Source: Balanoglossus misakiensis (lineage: Eukaryota > Animalia > Hemichordata). From it: DNA of 64,000 nt. Position 1 is the stretch's first letter; each line of letters starts with the position of its first letter. The notes below the pieces were generated by a model that worked only from the letters and a program-made list of their open reading frames with translations, was not told the origin of the DNA and searched no databases. The translations under genes were made by a program, and so were the position numbers. The DNA lies in NCBI GenBank assembly GCA_040954595.2, contig CM082597.2:5771244-5835243 (forward strand). Direction: 5' to 3'. Below are positions 39,601-53,300 of this stretch, piece by piece.

Positions 39601-42600
39601 TGAATGTTGCAAATGATATGCATTAATTATTGTGTGTTTACTTAAGTTCGAACTTGCAAAGTTCAAGGGTAATAAAATGTGACTACTTCGGAGCCCCCTT
39701 CAGCAGGGTTCTCCTTAGACTAGCCCACTAGTCACTTGGTGATTTTTAAATCTCAATACTTTTTGTGTTTTCGGTGTTTTTTTGTCTTAATAAATAATTG
39801 CAATACTTTTTGCGTGCATGCTTGCCTTGAGCGTGTTTTCAAGCCAAGTAGGTTAACGCGTTCTGCGAATGCCATAAAACTTGTTGAGCCTCGTTTTAAC
39901 CAGGAGCATTATCCTCTGAGAATCCACAATTTAGCATTATCCATTGGTGAAGACAATGCATGAAAGGCTAGGCATTCAACACATATCAAATATGCACTCA
40001 CGAGAAGTCAATATGCCGATTTTTTTCATTATGTTTGTCCAAGAAACAGTATAGAAAACATTTTCCAATTTCCGAAAAACCTCTTTTTTACATAATTACT
40101 GCTGAAAAAGTTAGAAATTTATGAAAATATTCCTTATTCTTTGCCAATTTCTAATGAAAAAAATACATAAAGGTATTCTTAGTCTCTTTCCTGCAGCTGT
40201 ACAGCAGGAAAAATGCATTTTGTCATATTTTGGCTTTAAACTCAAATTAAAATTTATCTGTGAAAAAACTGAGTCTCCTTCAAAGCCACGTACATGACAG
40301 TCCTTTTGATTTTTTTCTAAGGAAATTTTGTCTCCATGTTTATCATGAGTAATATTTCTATTGAAAATTTGCAAGTGTGTGAATTGCTTGTAAAATTTCG
40401 CCAGAAAAAACAATAGCATCAAAAAGTAAATCTGAAACCCAATATTTATTACAAGAATTGTTAGATTAATATCCGTATCACACAAATCCGTTGGATTTCG
40501 TATGAATTTTAGGAAATAAGCACTGCTAATTGACAAATCCATATTTTGCAGCTGAAATACTTGGAAAAGAGTCAGTGGCATGTGAGAGCTTGGAAATTTC
40601 CAAGCACTGACAAGGGTCAGTGGTCGGAAATTTCCAGACACTCAGGGAATGTGAGAGCCTGGAAATTTCCAAGCACTGACAAGGATCAGTGGTCGGAAAT
40701 TTCCAGACACTCAGGGAATGTGAGAGCTTAGAAATTTCCAAGCACTGACAAGGGTCAGTGGTCGGAAATTTCCAGACACTCAGGGAATGTGAGAGCCTGG
40801 AAATTTCCAAGCACTGACAAGGGTCAGTGGTCGGAAATTTCCAGACACTCAGGGAATGTGAGAGCTTAGAAATTTCCAAGCACTGACAAGGGTCAGTGGT
40901 CGGAAATTTCCGGACACTCAGGGAATGTGAGAGCCTGGAAATTTCCAAGCACTGACAAGGGTCAGTGGTCGGAAATTTCCAGACACTCAGGGAATGTGAG
41001 AGCTTAGAAATTTCCAAGCACTGACAAGGGTCAGTGGTCGGAAATTTCCAGACACTCAGGGAATGTGAGAGCTTAGAAATTTCCAAGCACTGACAAGGGT
41101 CAGTGGTCGGAAATTTCCAGACACTCAGGGAATGTGAGAGCTTAGAAATTTCCAAGCACAGACAAGGGTCAGTGGTCGGAAATTTCCAGACACTCAGGGA
41201 ATGTGAGAGCCTTGAAATTTCCAAGCACTGACAGGGTCGTGGTAGTCCCCCGTACAGGTCTGCGTTCTCCCGGCGTTTAATACATGGCTTCCACCACATC
41301 TCTGCAAGGCTCCATGGACAAAACTGATTCGTATGAGATCCGGATCCGGACAGCAGCTTTTCGGCCGAGATTCGATTTTATCGGGGGAATCTTTCCCCCG
41401 TCTACCCACAAATGACTCCAAATAAGATGTAATTAACTTCCGAGCCGCTCGCTTTCTGATTTTCTCTTGTGTTTACCTGTTGAGATCGCCATATTGAATA
41501 CAGTGAGGTTATCTCAATGGGTAAACACAAAAGTTTCAGAAAGCGAGCGGTTCGGATGTTAGAAGAAGTCAATCGTGGAGTCGGTTATAACCGGTTAGTA
41601 GACAGGGAAAGGATATTCTCCCGATAAAATCGAATTTCGGCGAAAAGCTCTGGTACGGATCTGGACCGCAGACGCAACAGGTTTGTCTAAGGAGCCTTAG
41701 CGTCACAATGTTCATGACAGGCTTCGCCTACCAACTCCTCTGAGTTAGCCCATACACTAGTTGTTTATTGGGAATTGGTATTGTTTATCTGACATAATTG
41801 TTCTTTCTACTCTGTATACAAAGTCACAACTTCACAACTACCAAATGCTATTGTTCTTGAATTATGCAGTGTTACCAAATGTCACAGTTCAAACCACTGT
41901 TTATAAAGAAGTATTGGCCATCCCGCCCCTCTCTCTTCATTCCAAACCTATTCCCAAGTGTACGCGGTACATTTGTTGGTGCCGAGACCAGGATGTCGGG
42001 CATGGAGAGAGAGAGAAGAACAGCAGAAGAGGCCACCGCAGTCAAATGACCAATCTCATCCGTAGGGTTGAAGATATAAACACAGGCGCAGTTCCTCAAC
42101 AGATCGTTTTCCTAAAGGCCATAATTTGAAACATGATAGAGAAACTCAAGATTTCCAAGCACTGACCCTGTCAATGCTTGGAAATTGCCAGGCTCTCACA
42201 TTCCCTGAGTGTCTGGAAATTTCCGACCACTGACCCTTGTCAGTGCTTGGAAATTTCCAGGCTCTCACATTCCCTGAGTGTCCGGAAATTTCCGACCATT
42301 GACCCTTGTCAGTGCTTGGAAATTTCCAGGCTCTCACATTCCCTGAGTGTCCGGAAATTTCCGACCACTGACCCTTGTCAGTGCTTGGAAATTTCCAGGC
42401 TCTCACATTCCCTGAGTGTCTGGAAATTTCCGACCACTGACCCTTGTCAGTGCTTGGAAATTTCCAGGCTCTCACATTCCCTGAGTGTCTGGAAATTTCC
42501 GACCATTGACCCTTGTCAGTGCTTGGAAATTTCCAGGCTCTCACATTCCCTGAGTGTCCGGAAATTTCCGACCACTGACCCTTGTCAGTGCTTGGAAATT

Positions 42601-45600
42601 TCCAGGCTCTCACATTCCCTGAGTGTCTGGAAATTTCCGACCACTGACCCTTGTCAGTGCTTGGAAATTTCCAGGCTCTCACATTCCCTGAGTGTCCGGA
42701 AATTTCCGACCACTGACCATTGTCAGTGCTTGGAAATTGCCAGGCTCTCACATTCCCTGAGTGTCTGGAAATTTCCAGACACTGACCCTTCTGGAGTGAC
42801 TAGCAATTTTTGCAAATTGTACTATTAATTGAATTCATAATTTAATTATTAGTTTTTTTCAATGAAATATTCAAATCCATACAACCCAAAGATGGCTCCT
42901 TCATTATTTCTATGGAAATTTCACAGTTTATTCTTTTCTTTCTGCACACTCGCAAACATCTTGAAAATAATCATAGAAAAATATCGAAATATATTGTACT
43001 GTGAACAAAACACTAATTTCCTTGAAAAAAGTTTAAAAAACGGCTACTTTTCGGAAATTGGAAAATGTTTTCTATACTGTTAAGATAAGTTTTATACATA
43101 ATCCCCACTGGTTATGACACAAACACTGTGTTGATCAAAGCCACCCTTTTGTTTAATTTATCTGTTTACCGGAAGCAACACGTTTGATATTAATTAATTC
43201 CATTTCATGTCAAGACAGTCATAAATAATTTCAATGTCATGCATTTCTTTATCTGTGTATACTTAATAAAATCGTTAAAAATAATCTCATACAAAAGTCA
43301 TCGCGAGATCAAACGCTCGAATCATGAAAAAATTGTCCATGAAACATTTGGACATTATAATGCGACTCCCTTCCACGCGGATAAGTGTGTTATCATGCGT
43401 ACACATTTGTCTACAATTATAATTACATACATTGAATGTATGTCTACGGTTCTCGGATGACACACGCAAAGGCAAGCAGACGATTATGCTCTTCAAACAA
43501 CTTGATTATTATTTAGAGTTGCACCCTATAGAACCCAACAGAATGTTCATGTCCACATTAAAGGTACATGAGCTCCAACTGGATAAATAATGAAGTTTCA
43601 TAACCGGAAATGCAACATTTCATTGTTTCTTCCATTTTCTCACGGTGACGGCCATATTCGCTTGCGGCAAAGCTTTATTATTTATCTGGTTAAAACTTGC
43701 ATATGCACTCATATTTAGGGTTTATAATGCCTGTGTATAGTTCACTGCCTTCATCTGCATGGACTAATGGTAGTACAGTTTGAAACAAAAATTATGATAA
43801 TTATCACAATAGTTGCAGCTTATGTGCCTTTAAAGTTTAGACACTGCAACAGTTTAAGGGATTGTTACTTCTGTTCCTACATACTGCGGGACTACCATCT
43901 GCTATCTTGTGGCGGAACAGTACAACTTTTGTTTCAATTATCCATTTACCGAAAGCAGCAAGTAATGGTCCATTATACATTTTGATATTCTTAATGCGAC
44001 TCTCTTGCACGCGGTTAATGCATTTATACCATGCGTATGCATTTGTCGACTTTCCATGTATCATGGCATATGTTGAATGTATACACACCACAGAACTACA
44101 CAGGTGGTCAACTATGCAGGAAAGGCTGATGTCACAACTACTTACTTTTATCCTCGCAAATAACCCATTGAAGGTCACTGCAGTCTTCAGTGAACCAACC
44201 AACATTACCAATTGTGCCACATCTGTATAACACAGTATTGTTTAAGACTTGTACAATGATTACTGTACAGTGTCAATAGTGATCTCTACAGAATGCGGGT
44301 TGGTAATAAGGCCACATTTTGCATTATTTGAATAAAATTATTAATCCTGGCTTAGTTATCCAAAATCGTTCAATATAAAAACTTGACATGGACAGGGTTC
44401 TAATTACATTCTTACATTCACTGTCTTTCATGTTGTAAGGCACATGTTGGAATTGTAATGCAATCAGTCTTAGCTGTAAAGTGTCATGCTAAAATTGTGC
44501 TTTGCAATTCAGACACAGACAAAGATTCAGACGATATGGCAGATTAAGTTGACAAAATACCAGAAATAGTGCAAAAATACTGATTGTAACCTTTAAGATA
44601 AGAAACACGTGTTGTAACAAGCATACACACATTTAACTGCCATCATTTCTCCAATGTAATCTCGCAAGTTCCAACGCCTATGACAGGGACAAAGAGCGAC
44701 TCACACTACACGAATACACGATCCGACTTCTAAAGCCTGGTTGGCCGCAAAAGGCGTGTGTTCCAATATTAAACCGCTGGCTGTCTTGACATGGCCATCT
44801 GCCGCGATGATAGCATCAATCCAGAAGTATCTCCACCATGAAACGTATAAACAGTACTGTCCATATTTCCATTCAGTTGTGTCGGTTAGAAGACGTAACC
44901 CCAACTTCTCACATAGCTGGTATGCATCCACCAAACTCTTCTTGAGTGTGTCAGTTAAGTCGAAAGAAGCTACAAAAGAGATAAAAAACACAATTGGTTT
45001 CCTTTAAAATAAAATTAATGTCTATTTTGATTTGGCGTCTCTAATTAAGCCTTTATTTTTCGTCTGTGAAAGCGGCGAAATACACCGATAATTATCTAGT
45101 ATTCCGAAAACAAACCAAATACATGTGATTGTGTCACCTAATTAAAGATGCAAACTGCAACAACATTTCTTGAGACTTGAACCAACCAGGATAGGTAGAT
45201 CAGTCATAAGGTACACTAAGTGGCAAATATAACTTACTAGCATTTTCACATAAAACTTCCACAAGTTTAGAACTGTGGCAATCTAGATTCTTCCATATGC
45301 CAAATCTGGGAATGAAAACTTCAAGTAAGTATATTTTATCGTCGCACATTAGCGCCAGTCAACCCGTACACCTTTCATAATATATACAGCAAAACTTTTT
45401 CTGCAAATTCTTCTTAACTTTTGACTAAGATCCAAAGACAATGGAGAATAAAGTTTATATGATCTTAAATTGGCAGAAACATAAATAAATCGGAGTTAGA
45501 TTGTTGTACCACATTTTGCAGATAAATTTTGGTGTTTAACGGTAAACGACGAGACAAATCTGGCCATATCTCACAGTTTCCGATTGAAATTTTCCATAAA

Positions 45601-46351
45601 AAGGAGTCATGTGTACGCAATTACAAAAGAAATATAATTGTGATCCGAAGATATTGTCCATTGTAACATCTGCATATCTTTAAATTGTCAATCAACTTTG
45701 TCCCTTACTGATTTTCCATTGTCAGCTTCTGCGCATGACACACAATGATTGCTTCAACTTTACCTGTATTATAATGAGCACAAAAACACACATTTCTTCA
45801 TATTTGAATATAGTTTCAAAACGCTTAACTCACGCTATTGCGAGACACTCTCCATCATTTTCTGAAAAATCTGTACTCCTGGGCTTGTGAGTCAAAATGT
45901 CCCCGTCTCTTGTGACTACGCGTCCGTTGTCAATCAGTCGAGCATCTATCCAGAACATGTCTCCGAGAATGCCTCGTTCTTCTAAATTGTTTATTATAGC
46001 TGCGTGTTTTTCTTCGCTGTCATCTTTAACAAGGCGAAGACCTAATCGCTCACAAAAAGTGTAGGCAGAAAAGTGACCCATCTGCTGGAAAACGTGGTAG
46101 GTGACGCAACCTGGAAATCAAATCGTTATTCTTGTGACAATCATTTTAAACAATCACAAAATATAAGATTTGTGATGAGCTCCTGTTTTGGGGAACTTCA
46201 AAGTTTCTGAAGATGCAAAACCCACAATTAGTGTCTTACCTGCTTGCTGCAGTAATGTCACCGACAGCATGGCGAATGTAGCGAGGAGCAATAACTTCGA
46301 AGGTATTTCACGACAATCTCGTAACGTTTTACAGCTTCTCAGGCGAGCCAT
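36633..46351 (-). CDS. CTL-CTL-GAIN/GPS protein (PKD1-like ectodomain, no TM), copy L, 13 exons, 642 aa
   Basis: Exons 46351-46240, 46110-45834, 45305-45238, 44969-44705, 44222-44146, 39599-39529, 39365-39275, 38956-38622, 38290-38182, 37830-37706, 37512-37284, 37108-37023 and 36716-36633, all GT-AG and in phase. CTL motifs CERLGLRL/FWID/WxxxDC; GPS CSYFDETNWQNDGC...TLCLCNHLTVF. Confidence 0.85.
40570..41235 (+). repeat. 69-bp tandem array (~9.5 units), left
   Basis: Unit starts at 40582, 40651, 40720 ... 41203. Confidence 0.95.
42148..42790 (-). repeat. 69-bp tandem array (~9 units), inverted relative to the left array
   Basis: Reverse complement of the same unit. Confidence 0.95.
43562..43829. 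mobile_element. TTAA/AGG MITE (Kolobok-like), family C
   Basis: TTAA|AGGTACATGAGCTCCAACT ... AGTTGCAGCTTATGTGCCT|TTAA. Confidence 0.7.
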
Positions 46352-46694
46352 GGTTGCGAGTTGTGCGGCTAATCTGTGATTATCTTAAATATAAGCTACT
46401 TGATAAATTATGCGTGTTTTGCAAAGATGTGTAACTACTGTGGAGAGAGAGAGAGAAAGCAAAGACTACATGGTGACGCTATGCCGGGTACTTACATTTA
46501 TTAGTTGGCAGACACACCCAGAGATTGTTTGGAACAGGACCAATCACCTGGAGAATATAAGTTTTGTTTAATTTGTCCATATACCGGAAGCAAATATTTT
46601 AATATTAATTCATTCCTTTTCATCTTACGACAATCATAAATAAGACGAATGCCGACTGCATTTTCTAGGAAGACTACATACATAGTAACATACA

Positions 46695-46912
46695 TGTATG
46701 TATGTATGCATGCATGCATACATGTATGTATGTATGTATGTATGTATGTATGTATGTATGTATGTATGTATGTATGTATGTATGTATGTATGTATGTATG
46801 TATGTATGTATGTATGTATGTATGTATGTATGTATGTATGTATGTATGTATGTATGTATGTATGTATGTATGTATGTATGTATGTATGTATGTATGTATG
46901 TATGTATGTATG
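46695..46912. repeat. (TATG)n microsatellite in the spacer of the inverted duplication
   Basis: ~220-bp nearly pure run. Confidence 0.97.
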
Positions 46913-47346
46913 ATACCCTCTCTTAGCGAAAAGTTTGAAATTTCGAGAGTTGCATCTTGCGATGAATCTTGTATGAGATTAGTTTTCCTCATTTCATCGA
47001 GTAAACACAGGTTAACAATGCGTGACATTAAAACTAATTTATTTATGATTGTCATAAGATGAAAAGGAATGAATTAATATTAAAATATTTGCTTCCGGTA
47101 TATGGACAAATTAAACAAAACTTATATTAATCATCAAGGTGGCTTCTCCAGGTGATTGGTCCTGTTCCAAACAATCTCTGGGTGTGTCTGCCAACTAATA
47201 AATGTAAGTACCCGGCATAGCGTCACCATGTAGTCTTTGCTTTCTCTCTCTCTCTCCACAGTAGTTACACATCTTTGCAAAACACGCATAATTTATCAAG
47301 TAGCTTATATTAAGATAATCACAGATTAGCCGCACAACTCGCAACC

Positions 47347-50300
47347 ATGGCTCGCCTGAGAAGCTGTAAAATGTTGCGAGATTGTCGTGAAATACCTTTG
47401 AAGTTAACGCTCATCGCTACATTCGTCATGCTGTCGGTGACATTACTGCAGCAAGCAGGTAAGACACTAATTTTAGGTTTTGCATCTTCAGAAAGTTTGA
47501 AGTTCCCCAAAACAGGAGCTCATCACAAATCTTATATTTTGTGATTGTTTAAAATGATTGTCATAAGAATAACGATTTGATTTCCAGGTTGCGTCACCTA
47601 CCACGTTTTCGGGCCGATGGATCACCCTTCTGCCTATAATTTTTGTGAGCGATTAGGTCTTCGTCTTGTTAAAGATGACAGCGAAGAAAAACACACAGCT
47701 ATAGTAAACAATTTACAAGAACGAGGCATTCTAGGAGACATATTCTGGATAGATGGTCGACTGATTGACAACGAACGCGCAGTCACAAGAGACGGGGAAA
47801 TTTTGACTCACGAGCCCAGGGGTACAGATTTTTCAGAAAATGATGGAGATTGTCTCGCACTGGCGTGAGTTAAGAGTTTTGAAACTATATTCAAATATGA
47901 AGAAGTGTGTGTTTTTGTGCTCATTATAATACGGCTAAACTTGAAGCAATCATTGTGTGTCATGCGCAGAAGCTGACAATGGAAAATCGGTAAGGGACAA
48001 AGTTGATTGCCCATGTAAAGATATGCAGATGTTACAATGGACAATATCTTCGGATCACAATTATATCTCTTTTGTAATTGCGTACACATGACTCCTTTTT
48101 ATGGAAAATTTCAATCGGAAACTGTGAAATATGGCCAGATTTGTCTCGTCGTTTACCGTTAAACACCAAACTTTCTCTGCAAAATGTGGTACAACAATCT
48201 AACTCCGATTTATTTATGTTTCTGCCAATTTAAGATCATATAAACTTTATTCTCCATTGTCTTTGGATCTTAGTCAAAAGTTAAGAAGAATTTGCAGAAA
48301 AAGTTTTGCTGTATATATTATGAAAGGTGTACGGGTTGACTGGCGTTAATGTGCGACGATAAAATATATACTTACTTGAAGTTTTAATTCCCAGATTTGG
48401 CACATGGAAGAATCAATATTGCGGCAGTACTAAAATAGTGGAAGTTTTATGTGAAAATGCTAGTAAGTTATATTTGCCACTTAGTGTACCTTATGACTGA
48501 TCTACCTATCCTGATTGGATGAAGTCTCAAGAAATGTTGTTGCAGTTTGCATCTTTAATTAGGTGACACAATCACCTCATTTAATTGTCAAAACATGTAT
48601 TTGCTTTGTTTTCAGAATACTAGATAATTATCGGTGTATTTCGCCGTTTTCCTTAAATACAGACGTAAAATAAAAGCTTAATTAGAGACCCCAAATCAAA
48701 ATAGACATTAATTTTATTTTGAAGGAAACAAATTGTGTTTTTATCTCTTTTGTAGCTTCTTTCGACTTAACTAACACACTCAAGAAGAGTATGGTGGATG
48801 CATACCAGCTATGTGAGAAGTTTGGGTTACGTCTTCTAACCGACACAACTGAATGGAAATATGGACAGTACTGTTTATACGTTTCATGGTGGAGAAACTT
48901 CTGGATTGATGCTATCATCACAGCAGATGGCAATTTCAAGACAGCCAGTGGTTTAATATTGGAACACACGCCTTTTGCGGCCAACCAGGCGTTAGAAGTC
49001 GGATCGTGTATTTATTCACTGTGAGTCGCTCTTTGTTCACGCTATTTTGCGCGTTGCTAGAACAGTATATGTTTTTTTTCCATTTCTTTCATGTCTTTAA
49101 CTAGCTCTCATAGGCGTTGGAACTTGCGAGATTACATTGGAGATACAATAGCAGTTAAATGTGTGTATGCTTGTTGCAACACGTGTTTCTTATCTTAAAG
49201 GTTACAATCAGTATTTTTGCACTATTTCTGGTATTTATCAACTTAATCTGCCATATCGTCTGAATTGCAAAGCACAATTTGAGAATGATACTTTACAGCT
49301 AACGCTGATTGCATTACAATTCCAACATGTGCCTTACAACATGAAAGACAGTGGATGTAAGAAAGTAATCGGAACCCTGCGCATGTCAAGATTGAGTTTT
49401 TATATTGACGATTTTGGAAAACTAAGCCAGGATTAATAATTGTATTCAAATAATGCAAAATGTGGCCTTATGACCAACCCGCATTCTGTAGGGATCACTA
49501 TTGACACTGTACAGTAATCATTGTACAAGTCTTAAACAATACTTTGTTATACAGATGTGGCACAAATGGTAATGTTAGTTGGTTCACTGAAGACTGCAGT
49601 GAAGGGCAAAGGTTTATTTGCGAGGATAAAAGTAAGTAGTTGTGACATCAGCCTTTCCTGCATATATTTTCATGATTCGAGCGTTTGATCTCGCGATGAC
49701 TTTTGTATGAGATTATTTTTAACGATTTCATTAAGTATACACAGATAAAGAAATGCATGACATTGCAATTATTTATGACTGTCTTGACATGAAATGGAAT
49801 AAATCAATATTAAACGTGTTGCTTCCGGTAAACAGATACATTAAACTAAAGATGGCTTAGATCAACACAGTGTTTGTGTCATAACCAGTGGGGATAATGT
49901 ATAAAACATATATTGGACAAAATTAATGAAATAAATCGGCATATTGACTTCTCTTTAGTGCATATTTGATATGTGTTGAATGCGTAGCCTTTCATGCATT
50001 GTCTTCACCAATGGATAATGCTAAAGTGTGGATTCTCAGAGGAGAACCTAGACTTGCTCCAAGTCTATGGGCTTCATTATGTGTAGGGAACGCTACCCGA
50101 AACCACAAGCTTAGTCCCAAATTCGAAACTCACCTCACTACCAAAAACCTGCTCAAGGCAAGCATGCACGCAAAAAGTCTTGCAATTATTTATTAAGACA
50201 AAAAACCACCGAAAAACACAAAAAGTATTGAGATTTAAAAATCACCACGTGACTAGTGGGCTAGTCTAAGGAGAACCCTGCTGGAGGGGGCTCCGAAGTA

Positions 50301-53300
50301 GTCACATTTTATTACCCTTGAACTTTGCAAGTTCGAACTTAAATAAACACACAATAATTAATGCATATCATTTGCAACATTCAGATGATGACTTACTTCT
50401 GCTGCGGGAGAGCTTGGTCAAGATAAGTGACGATGAATTCAGAACAGCAGATGTGGTAAGAAAGGTGCCAATCATTTGAGATTGATGTAATGCACTGTAG
50501 TGTATAAAGCCACAAGTTAGCGAAATCCACTTAAACGTACTTTAAAGGTCTTTATCGGATATGACTATTTTGTGACAACAGAAGCCACATACTAAATAGC
50601 TGTATTTTCTTTTGCCAGGGTATTAGTGTAATTGACAAGATAGACACTTTAACATCTGATCTGTCAAATAAAAGTGTCATATTTGAAGGAAGAATTCTAT
50701 TTGCAAAAGGTATTGTGATCTTTTTTTATGAATCAATGAATCTGTGACGTCAATATGCATTTCAAAACCGTCCATATTTAATATCATCCAATGATGTAAA
50801 TATGATAATGGTATCATACGCAGAAATGTAGAACCTTACAATCCTTAAGCGTATCGAATATGTTTCAACTATACTTCGTTTGTTTCAATAAATCATGCAG
50901 ATAATTGGTGACCGTCAAATATGTTATTTTCAGAAAAATTGAGCATTGGACAATTCCTAAAAGCTGATGGATACGAAAAATGAGAAACACTTATTATCAA
51001 CCGGCGTATGATGCAATAGCCGATGCAGACCGACAGAGTGAGAAAGTTTTAAATGTCAATAATTGTATATTTCAGAAACACTGAATGTCATGCAAAAGGT
51101 GATAGACAGAATGCAGTCCATATTTGACGCCAATCCGAGCGAGAAGCTGAATCCTGGGCAGGCAAATCACCTGACAAAGATAACAACGAAAGTATTCGAC
51201 CAGTTATCGATGTTTATACTGAACGAGACTAATTATGGACATGGACCAATCATTGTGAACACTTCTTCTCTTGTGCTGCATCTGGAAAAGAACTTTGTGC
51301 AGAACTTGTGCGACACCAATGTAATGATTGGAGATGGAAGTGGATTCAATATTCCACCAGCAGACAGTATGTTTCCACAATTGTCGTGGGACACAGTCTT
51401 GAACAGAATGGTTTGTATAATCTGAAGAAAAATATGACTTTCATTTTCCATCACACCCTGCTCTATACTTGTATATTGATATTTGTATACTATTGGTCGT
51501 TAGGACTTTGCCGTCAGTAAACTATAATGTGACGTCCCAGTGATCTTGCTATCACTAATGGAAAGAACTATAGGCTGATATTTGTGTTGAGTCAATGCAT
51601 CCGTTGCAATTGTTTTTTTTTATAAATAAGCCCATACTATGTTTTAATGATCATCTTTGGTTTTATGTACAAAATCTGTTGCGTCATCTTGTGTCATTAT
51701 GCTCAAGAATAATTACAGTATTTTTTTTCCTTTAGATTTTCCGATTCGGTGGGAACCCCCACAGATTGGCAAATAGGACACATGGCTTCACTACCGATAT
51801 ACTGACCTTGGAATTCAGAGATGAAGATGGTAATGAGATTAAAGGTTGGTTTTCATTAAGGCCAAAAGTGGCATCCTAACATTCGTATGGAACTCACAAC
51901 AATACTTGAAATGTTCGGGGGAAAGAAGTTGCCTCTCTGGAACGCCTTGTCTTAAGGGGTTATTGATTTGGGCAAGGAGCATGTCCTGTGTCACCATTGT
52001 CGTAACGAAGCACCATTTAAACTGGAAAAGGCGAATTCCTTCTTTAAAACAACTTTACCTAGAAACTAAGCAACATATTTGTATAAACATACTCGCTAGC
52101 GTTTTCATCTTGGAGGGCGTAACTAGATTAATGACCAATTTGTGAATTTACTTTTGAAATCAGTTTGAGTTATAACATGTTTCTTTTCAGTGCAAAATGC
52201 TTCCAAGGATCTTGGCGTATGGCTTGGTAATTATCAGACACCTATAAATGAAAGCATCGTCAGGGGATTATACGTGGAAAGTGAAGGAGTCACTAACTAT
52301 GCATTGACAGTAACGGTAATCTTCACATACTATATGAAGTCTACTGATCATTGCATGTTTTCTGATCTAGTCTTTTACATAACCATTTGATCAACGGCGC
52401 AAAACTCAAACATGAGTAATAATGACATTGGTGCTATTTCAAACACAGTGTTATATTTTACCTCAAAAATATAATGTGAAATTTATCTTGCGTCAATATA
52501 TCATTATTTACGTTGCAGGCGCTATCGGCCTACTCTGCATTTCAAATCACCATGGAAGCATCAGCGCCTGTCTTCGAGACTACTACAGCATACATGTCAC
52601 TGGAAAGACTTGACGCCGTCGGTGGCTACAGTGATTTCCATTATGCAACTGAGTTGGTATTTGCAGGGTGTACAGCATCCATATTTCTACCAGAAGCAAA
52701 GATCACCAGGACGGGCTTGTATTACATATTCTTTGACCTTACCAGTGGTAAGATTGTGGTATTTACATAATTAATACAACTATTGCACAATGATCGTTGA
52801 TTGAAACACATAGTTGTATTTTCTTTTCTTTTTTTGCTGTTTATGCTTCTTTTTAATTTCAAAAACGAACATGCATATGTAGAAAGTTATACTACGATCT
52901 TGCGGTTTTAATATAGCGTTCCCAATTTTCTAATTTTACTATCGAGCTTAGATTGGTCAATCTAAATATGCTTACTGATGTTTATCTAAATATGCTTACT
53001 GATTGTAATACATTTACTTCTTGTCGATGCCCAATTGTGACTGCATGTTGCAATTTGATCAAGTGATATATTAAACGGGCGCTCAACCCGTTTAATCGGC
53101 CTCCATACAAAGGTGTACACAAAACACGTGGTATGCGTTCTGTATTTCTTTTGCCTTTAGCAATATAATACAAAAGTTTATGAATTTCATTTTCTGGGTG
53201 CACACTACCTTACAGACACTCCAGTTGGTTTTATATGGAATATGTTGATGTAACCGCAGTTCTGTATATCTTTTTTTCCCTACAGCCCGTGGGGTTGACA

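Larger units (their letters stand above)
40045..43081. mobile_element. 3.0-kb non-autonomous foldback-type TIR element in intron 5 of copy L
   Basis: 34-bp TIR AACAGTATAGAAAACATTTTCCAATTTCCGAAAA; AAGA duplicated at 40041-44 and 43082-85; absent from the paralogous intron (~49905-49920). Confidence 0.88.

Noticed and set aside
40526-42828. Long repetitive ORFs (23-aa repeats) and a CRISPR-like look of the 69-bp arrays
   Set aside because: The ORFs are by-products of a unit length divisible by 3. Units have no unique spacers, there are no cas genes, and the context is eukaryotic.
46501-47062. ORFs of MYVC/HTYI repeats (also at 9486-9790, 15842-16057, 27626-27921 and 57070-58613)
   Set aside because: They are translations of microsatellites.
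50934-51006. Apparent extra exon conserved in both arms (also ~39030-39108)
   Set aside because: All three frames hit stops, and exon 7 already joins exon 8 in phase.
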